Positions 58,895-64,000 of a stretch of DNA of 64,000 nucleotides are shown piece by piece. The position numbers and the translations under genes were made by a program. Source of the DNA: Myxococcota bacterium. GTDB lineage: Bacteria; Myxococcota_A; UBA9042; PHBI01; JAWLBL01. The stretch covers positions 32,001 to 96,000 of the forward strand of contig JAWLBL010000027.1 in assembly GCA_041687695.1 (NCBI GenBank), read 5' to 3'. Numbering within the stretch: the first letter of the stretch is position 1; each line of letters starts with the position of its first letter. Below the pieces are notes generated by a model. The model saw nothing but the letters and a program-made list of their open reading frames with translations, was not told the DNA's origin and did not search any database.

Positions 58895-59547
58895 GGGGTG
58901 GGGGCCTGGGGGAGGGGCGGCAGGAGGTCGGCGCGCAGGGCCGGGTCGGCGAAGGCGGCGTGATCGCCGTCGAGGCGGACGGCGCCGCGGGCGACGGCGT
59001 CGAGGGCGCGCGCGTACAGCGCGTGCTCGGCCGTCTGGATGCGCTGGCCGAGGCTGTCGGGGGTGTCGGCCCGGTGGACCGGGACGGCGCGGCGGGCGAT
59101 GGCGGGGCCGGTGTCGACGCCCTCGTCGACGAAGTGGACGGTGCAGCCGGTGAACGGGGCGCCGGCGGCCAGGGCCTGGCCGATGGCGTCGCGGCCCGGG
59201 AAGGCGGGCAGCAGCGAGGGGTGGACGTTGACCAGGCGGCCGCGCCAGCGGGCGATGAAGGCGCGGGGGAGGATGCGCATGAAGCCGGCGAGGGCGACGA
59301 GGTCGACGGCGTGGGCGTCGAGGGCCGCGAGGAGGGCGGCGCACCAGGCGCGGCGGGAGGGGTGGTCGGCCGGGGCGACGACCTGGGTCGGGACCCGGGC
59401 GGCGGCGGCGCGGGCGAGGCCGGCGGCGCCGGGGACGTCGGAGACGACGAGGGCGGGCTGGGCGGCGAGGCGTCCGGCGGCGTGGGCGTCGAGCAGGGCC
59501 TGCAGGTTGGTGCCCCGGCCGCTGATGAGGACGGCGAGGCGTGGCAT
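58891..59547 (-). CDS. purN: Phosphoribosylglycinamide formyltransferase
   Basis: LAVLISGRGTNLQAL, LAGFMRIL, NVHPSLLPAFPG, GCTVHFVDEGVDTGP, EH..Y. Confidence 0.96.
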   Translation of the reverse strand: MPRLAVLISGRGTNLQALLDAHAAGRLAAQPALVVSDVPGAAGLARAAAARVPTQVVAPADHPSRRAWCAALLAALDAHAVDLVALAGFMRILPRAFIARWRGRLVNVHPSLLPAFPGRDAIGQALAAGAPFTGCTVHFVDEGVDTGPAIARRAVPVHRADTPDSLGQRIQTAEHALYARALDAVARGAVRLDGDHAAFADPALRADLLPPLPQAPTP

Positions 59548-60560
59548 CACGGGGCCTGGACGACCTCGCCGATGACGGTGGCGGCCTCGCCGGCCGCGGC
59601 GAGCGTGGCCTGCACGTCCGGGGCGGCGTCGCGCGCGACGATGAGGACGTAGCCGATGCCCAGGTTGAAGGTGCGGCGCATCTCGTCCTCGGCGACGCCG
59701 GCCGAGCGGATGAGTCCGAACAGGGCCGGCTCGGGCCAGGCGCCGTAGTCGAGGCGGACGGCCAGGCCGTCGGGGACGGCGCGCGGGACGTTGTCGACGA
59801 GGCCGCCGCCGGTGATGTGGGCCATGCCGTGGATGGCGTCCCGGTGGGCGTCGAGGGCGTGGAGGACCGGCCGCACGTAGATGCGGGTCGGGGTGAGCAT
59901 GGCCTGGCCCAGCGGGGCGTCCAGACCGGGGAGGCTGGCGTCGAGCGGGTGGCCGAGCTGCTCGAGCAGGGCCTTGCGGGCGAGGCTCAGGCCGTTGGAG
60001 TGCAGGCCCGAGGAGGGCAGGCCGAGCAGGATGTCGCCGGCGGCGACGCGATCGCGGCGCATCTGGCGGTCGCGCTCGACGGCGCCGACGCAGAAGCCGG
60101 CGAGATCGTACTCGCCGTCGGCGTACATGCCGGGCAGCTCGGCCGTCTCGCCGCCGAGCAGGGCGCAGCCGGCCTGGGCGCAGCCGGCGGCGACGCCGCG
60201 GATGACGGCCTCGGCGGTGTCGACGTCGAGGCGGCCGGAGGCGAAGTAGTCGAGGAAGAAGAGGGGCTGCGCGCCGAGGGTGAGCACGTCGTTGACGCAC
60301 ATGGCGACCAGATCGATGCCGACCGTGTCGTGAATGCCCGTGGCGAAGGCGAGCTTGAGCTTGGTGCCGACGCCGTCGGTGCCGCTGACGAGGACCGGGT
60401 CCGAGAAGCCCGCCTCCTTGAGGCCGAACAGGCCGCCGAAGCCGCCGATCTCGTCGAGGACGCCGGCGCGGCGGGTGGCGGCGGCGAGCGGGCGGATGCG
60501 GCGGACGAGCTCGTTGCCCGCGTCGATGTCGACGCCGGCGTCGCGGTAGGTGAGGCTCAT
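59547..60560 (-). CDS. purM: Phosphoribosylformylglycinamidine cyclo-ligase (AIR synthetase)
   Basis: [73 protein letters not shown]. Confidence 0.97.
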   Translation of the reverse strand: MSLTYRDAGVDIDAGNELVRRIRPLAAATRRAGVLDEIGGFGGLFGLKEAGFSDPVLVSGTDGVGTKLKLAFATGIHDTVGIDLVAMCVNDVLTLGAQPLFFLDYFASGRLDVDTAEAVIRGVAAGCAQAGCALLGGETAELPGMYADGEYDLAGFCVGAVERDRQMRRDRVAAGDILLGLPSSGLHSNGLSLARKALLEQLGHPLDASLPGLDAPLGQAMLTPTRIYVRPVLHALDAHRDAIHGMAHITGGGLVDNVPRAVPDGLAVRLDYGAWPEPALFGLIRSAGVAEDEMRRTFNLGIGYVLIVARDAAPDVQATLAAAGEAATVIGEVVQAP

Positions 60561-60704
60561 GGGCGCGGGTCTCCGGGTGCGAGGCGGCGGGTGTATAGCA
60601 TACGGGCCGCGGGCGCCGAAGGAATCCACCGGAGGGGCCGCGACATGGTAGGCTGGCGTGCGCGGCTGGGGTGCCGCGGGGCCGCGGGGCGGCCGGAGGC
60701 GACG

Positions 60705-61643
60705 ATGAGGCAGGCGGGTCGGTGGCGCTGGGCGAGGATCGTGGGGGTCGGGGCGGCGTGCCTGCTGGCGCCGGTGGTGACGGTGGGCTGTGACGCGGGG
60801 AGCGTGGCGGACGGCGCGCGCGTCGAAGCGCCGGGGGGCGTGCCAGCGCGGGCGACCGACGGGCGGCCGTTCTTCGGGGCGGTGGCGGTGGCGGAGCGCG
60901 ACGACTCGGTGGCGCCGCCGATGGCGGCGGGGCGGGAGATCGACCACGCGCGGGCCGCGTGGGATCTGGTGAACGGGCCGTGGCGCGCCGCGATGGTGGC
61001 GCGGGACGCCGAGGCGCTGCGCAGGCTGCTGCACGATCAGTTCAAGGGGACCCTGCCGGGCGAGGACGAGTCGATGGGGCCCGACCTGTGGGCGCAGCGG
61101 CGGACGACCGGCGAGGAGGCGGTCACGGACGTGAAGGTGCTGGCGCCGCGGCTGGAGCTGAAGGGCGGGCCGCTGAACTTCATCACGATCCACTTCGTCG
61201 AGCAGGTCGAGACGGAGGCGGGGTGCCTGCTGGCCGATCGCATCATGAACACGCGGGCCGACGACGGGGGGCCGACGCGGGTCTGGCACGAGCAGGTGGC
61301 GAACGTGAGGCCGTGCCTGACGCTGGCGCGGACGGAGCTGGCGGCGTTCCACGAGGGGCTGCGCCGGACGATCGGCGGGCCGAACCCCGAGCAGGCGCGG
61401 CTGGACGTGTCGAGCCTGGTGGTGTGGGACTACGGGGTGAAGGTCGACGAGATGGACGTCGGCAAGCTGCTGGGGGGCGGCGGCGGGTGGGTGCGCGAGC
61501 GGCTGCTGGCCAGCGAGGCCGACGACGACACGACGACGGTGCTGGGCGAGACGGGGCTGGTGGCGCTCGAGGGCGGCGGGGCGCTGCTGTACGAGAAGCG
61601 GACGGGGCGGTGGCACCTCGCGGGGGTCTTGAGAGGGCTGTAG
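60705..61643 (+). CDS. Hypothetical lipoprotein, possibly with an NTF2-like domain
   Basis: [36 protein letters not shown] lipobox; [21 protein letters not shown] resembles the NTF2/SnoaL N-terminal helix pair. Confidence 0.65.
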   Translation: MRQAGRWRWARIVGVGAACLLAPVVTVGCDAGSVADGARVEAPGGVPARATDGRPFFGAVAVAERDDSVAPPMAAGREIDHARAAWDLVNGPWRAAMVARDAEALRRLLHDQFKGTLPGEDESMGPDLWAQRRTTGEEAVTDVKVLAPRLELKGGPLNFITIHFVEQVETEAGCLLADRIMNTRADDGGPTRVWHEQVANVRPCLTLARTELAAFHEGLRRTIGGPNPEQARLDVSSLVVWDYGVKVDEMDVGKLLGGGGGWVRERLLASEADDDTTTVLGETGLVALEGGGALLYEKRTGRWHLAGVLRGL

Positions 61644-61707
61644 GGTCGGGTACAGTGGGGGCCTGCACGACATCATCGGCGACAACGTCCGCGTGACGGA
61701 GGCGAGG

Positions 61708-62142
61708 ATGGGATTCTGGGGCCGCGGCCACGACCACATCGGCAACTTCAACTTCCGCATCGAGATCGAGGGGCTGGCGTCGGCCCGGTTCAAGGCGATG
61801 GAGGGCCTCGGATCGGAGACGGAGGTCATCGAGTACGGCGGGTCGGTCGATCAGATCGTCCGGAAGCGCCCGGGGCGCCACAAGTTCACCGACATCACGT
61901 TCAAGCGCGGCACCACGGACAACCAGGAGCTGTGGGAGTGGCGCAAGGCCACCGCCGAGGGGCGGATCGACCGGCGCTCGGGGTCGATCATCATCTGCGC
62001 CGACGACGGCAGCGAGATCTGCCGCTACAACTTCTTCGACGCGTGGCCGACCAAGTGGAAGGGGCTCGTGCTCGACGCCAAGGGCACGGACACGACGGTC
62101 GAGGAGCTGACCATCACGGTCGAGCGCATCGAGCGGGCCTGA
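61708..62142 (+). CDS. Contractile tail tube protein (T4 gp19 / Afp1-like)
   Basis: [69 protein letters not shown]. Confidence 0.9.
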   Translation: MGFWGRGHDHIGNFNFRIEIEGLASARFKAMEGLGSETEVIEYGGSVDQIVRKRPGRHKFTDITFKRGTTDNQELWEWRKATAEGRIDRRSGSIIICADDGSEICRYNFFDAWPTKWKGLVLDAKGTDTTVEELTITVERIERA

Positions 62143-62253
62143 CCGCCCGCAGCGGTCGTCGGCCGACCGACGCTGGCGGTCGTCAGGTAGACGGGCGGGC
62201 GGCGTAGCTGCTAAGTGGCCCGGTACGTCAGTGACGAGGCGAGGAGGCCCGGG

Positions 62254-63894
62254 ATGAGGAACGATCTCCGCGACGCGGCCGTGGTCGAGGTCAGGAGCCG
62301 CATCGTGGCGGCCTGCATCCAGCAGGCGGCGCTGCCCGACGGGCTGCCGCTGGACGTGCTGATCAACGAGACGCTGTACTTCGAGCGAAAGCGCCTCACG
62401 GCCGACAAGACCAGCCCGACCTGGGCGGCGGATCTGGCGTTCTGGGACGACGTGAAGTCGCGCCTGTCTCGGGCCGGCGAGGCCGAGATGCGGCGGCTGC
62501 TCGAGCGCATCGTCGACCGGTTCGTCGGCGAGATCGTCGGCAACTTCAACCCGTGGGTCTACAGCATGGCGACGCGCGTGCTGCCCAAGGGGCTGCCGAT
62601 GCTGCTCAACGCCATCAGCCCCAAGCGCCTGCTGACCGAGGGCGGGCTGCCGGACATCGGCGACACCATCCGGATCCAGGGGCAGGTCGGCGCGCTGCGG
62701 CGCAGCCAGGAGCGCGGGACCGTCATCCTGACGCCGACCCACGTGTCGAACCTGGACAGCCCGGTCATCGGCTGGATGCTCTACGCGGCCGGGCTGCCGC
62801 CGTTCACCTACGGCGCCGGGCTGAACCTGTTCTCGAACCCGATGATCGCCTTCTTCATGCGCAACCTCGGCGCCTACCGGGTCGACCGGATGAAGCAGGC
62901 GCCGCTGTACAAGGACGTGCTCAAGGAGTACGCGACCGTCTCGATGGAGCTGGGGCAGAGCAACCTGTTCTTCCCGGCGGGCACGCGCGTGAGGTCGGGC
63001 GAGGTCGAGCAGCACCTGAAGCTGGGCCTGATGTCGAGCGGACTGCGCGCCTACATCCAGAACCTGCGCAGCGGGAAGGCCAAGCCGAACGTCTACGTGG
63101 TGCCGGTCAACCTCAACTACCACCTGGTGCTCGAGGCCGAGACGCTCATCGAGGAGCACCTGCGCAAGCTGGGCAAGTCGCGCTACATCATCACCGACGA
63201 CGAGAGCTCGCGGCCCCGGAAGGTCTACGAGTTCCTGCGCGCGCTGGTGAACCTGGACGGCAAGATCACCGTGACGGTGGGCGACCCCATCGACCCGTTC
63301 GGCAACGCGGTCGACGAGGAGGGCGAGAGCCTGGACCCGCGCGGGCGGCGGGTCGACATCCGGCGCTACGTGCAGGACCGGGACGGGACCTACGGGCAGC
63401 TGCCGCAACGCGACCGCGTGTACACGACCGAGTGCGGCGAGGCGGTGGCGCGGGCCTTCCGAAGCAACAACGTGGTGCTGACCACCAACCTGGTGGCGTT
63501 CGCGATGTTCCAGCACCTCAAGGCGGTGAACCCGGAGATGGATCTGTACCGCCTGCTGCGGACGGGCGGCGACGGGGCGGGCGTCGAGATGGGGCTGCTG
63601 GCCGACCGGGTGCGGCGCATCGCCGAGGCGGCGCGCAAGCTGTCGGACCAGGGGCGCATCCGGATGGACGAGACGGTCGCGGGCGGGCAGCCGACGGCGA
63701 TCATCGCCGACGCGCTCAAGCACTTCGGGACCTATCACGCGACGCCGGTGCTGGCGCGGCACGGCGACCGGGTGTTCGCCGAGGACATGAACCTGCTGCT
63801 GTATTACCAGAACCGGCTGGTCGGCTACCGGTTCGAGCAGGTGGTGGCCGAGCCGCGGGGCGGCGCGGCGCGGAGCGAGGAGGAGGCGGCCTGA
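62254..63894 (+). CDS. Glycerol-3-phosphate acyltransferase (PlsB/GPAT-like)
   Basis: Catalytic PTHVSNLD (HxxxxD), GAGLNL, LGAYRVDR, FFPAGTRVRSG, KLGL, VVPV..NY. GAGGAGG SD favours ATG 62254 over GTG 62215. Confidence 0.88.
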   Translation: MRNDLRDAAVVEVRSRIVAACIQQAALPDGLPLDVLINETLYFERKRLTADKTSPTWAADLAFWDDVKSRLSRAGEAEMRRLLERIVDRFVGEIVGNFNPWVYSMATRVLPKGLPMLLNAISPKRLLTEGGLPDIGDTIRIQGQVGALRRSQERGTVILTPTHVSNLDSPVIGWMLYAAGLPPFTYGAGLNLFSNPMIAFFMRNLGAYRVDRMKQAPLYKDVLKEYATVSMELGQSNLFFPAGTRVRSGEVEQHLKLGLMSSGLRAYIQNLRSGKAKPNVYVVPVNLNYHLVLEAETLIEEHLRKLGKSRYIITDDESSRPRKVYEFLRALVNLDGKITVTVGDPIDPFGNAVDEEGESLDPRGRRVDIRRYVQDRDGTYGQLPQRDRVYTTECGEAVARAFRSNNVVLTTNLVAFAMFQHLKAVNPEMDLYRLLRTGGDGAGVEMGLLADRVRRIAEAARKLSDQGRIRMDETVAGGQPTAIIADALKHFGTYHATPVLARHGDRVFAEDMNLLLYYQNRLVGYRFEQVVAEPRGGAARSEEEAA

Positions 63895-64000
63895 TGCCCC
63901 AGCGCGGCTCGAGTCAGACGGCGACGGTGCTCGGTGGTGGGTCCTGGGGGACGGCGCTGGCGCACGTCCTGGGGTGCCACGGGTACGACACGATGCTGTG
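63894..64000 (+). CDS. gpsA: NAD(P)H-dependent glycerol-3-phosphate dehydrogenase, 5' fragment at the window edge
   Basis: ATG overlaps the acyltransferase stop (TGATG); MPQRGSSQTATVLGGGSWGTALAHVL, the GpsA GxGSWGTALA signature. Confidence 0.85.
   Translation, partial: MPQRGSSQTATVLGGGSWGTALAHVLGCHGYDTML

Noticed and set aside
61708..62142. Prophage or complete eCIS locus
   Set aside because: No other phage, sheath, baseplate or integrase genes; the neighbours are housekeeping genes.

Overview
Gene-dense, very GC-rich bacterial DNA, most likely from a Myxococcota-type (predatory/gliding deltaproteobacterial) genome. This is inferred from a GltJ/AgmX-like protein, a TIGR04552-like protein, Cys-rich repeat lipoproteins, two Ser/Thr kinases and four FHA proteins. 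About 50 CDS are supportable. Housekeeping genes: sucA-sucB-lpdA, gshB, dapF, an orphan rplC, dnaJ, a stand-alone EF-G paralogue, hutU, miaB, mlaE-mlaD, tolC-mlaC, thiS-thiG-thiE/tenI-like, purM-purN, a plsB-like gene and the start of gpsA. I saw no rRNA, tRNA, cas or transposase genes. The most unusual DNA is a 1.7-kb non-coding junction (53448-55152). It holds a (CGG)11 run, then two ~136-bp inverted repeats with a compensatory hairpin change that enclose nine pairs of alternating CCCGGG-centred 16-bp palindromes, then a second nine-copy hairpin array with 41/57-bp spacing. Other leads: an AEP-transaminase/cytidylyltransferase pair plus a eukaryote-like CEPT-type phosphotransferase (possible phosphonolipid or Kennedy-type route); a degenerate FHA-CpaF ATPase paired with a tandem-FHA membrane protein; a RelA/SpoT-synthetase-like TIGR04552 protein; a long MlaD with a predicted beta-rich C-terminus; a ThiS ending GGGA whose stop abuts thiG in frame; and an orphan contractile-tail tube gene. 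All family calls come from motif recognition by eye; no database search was run.
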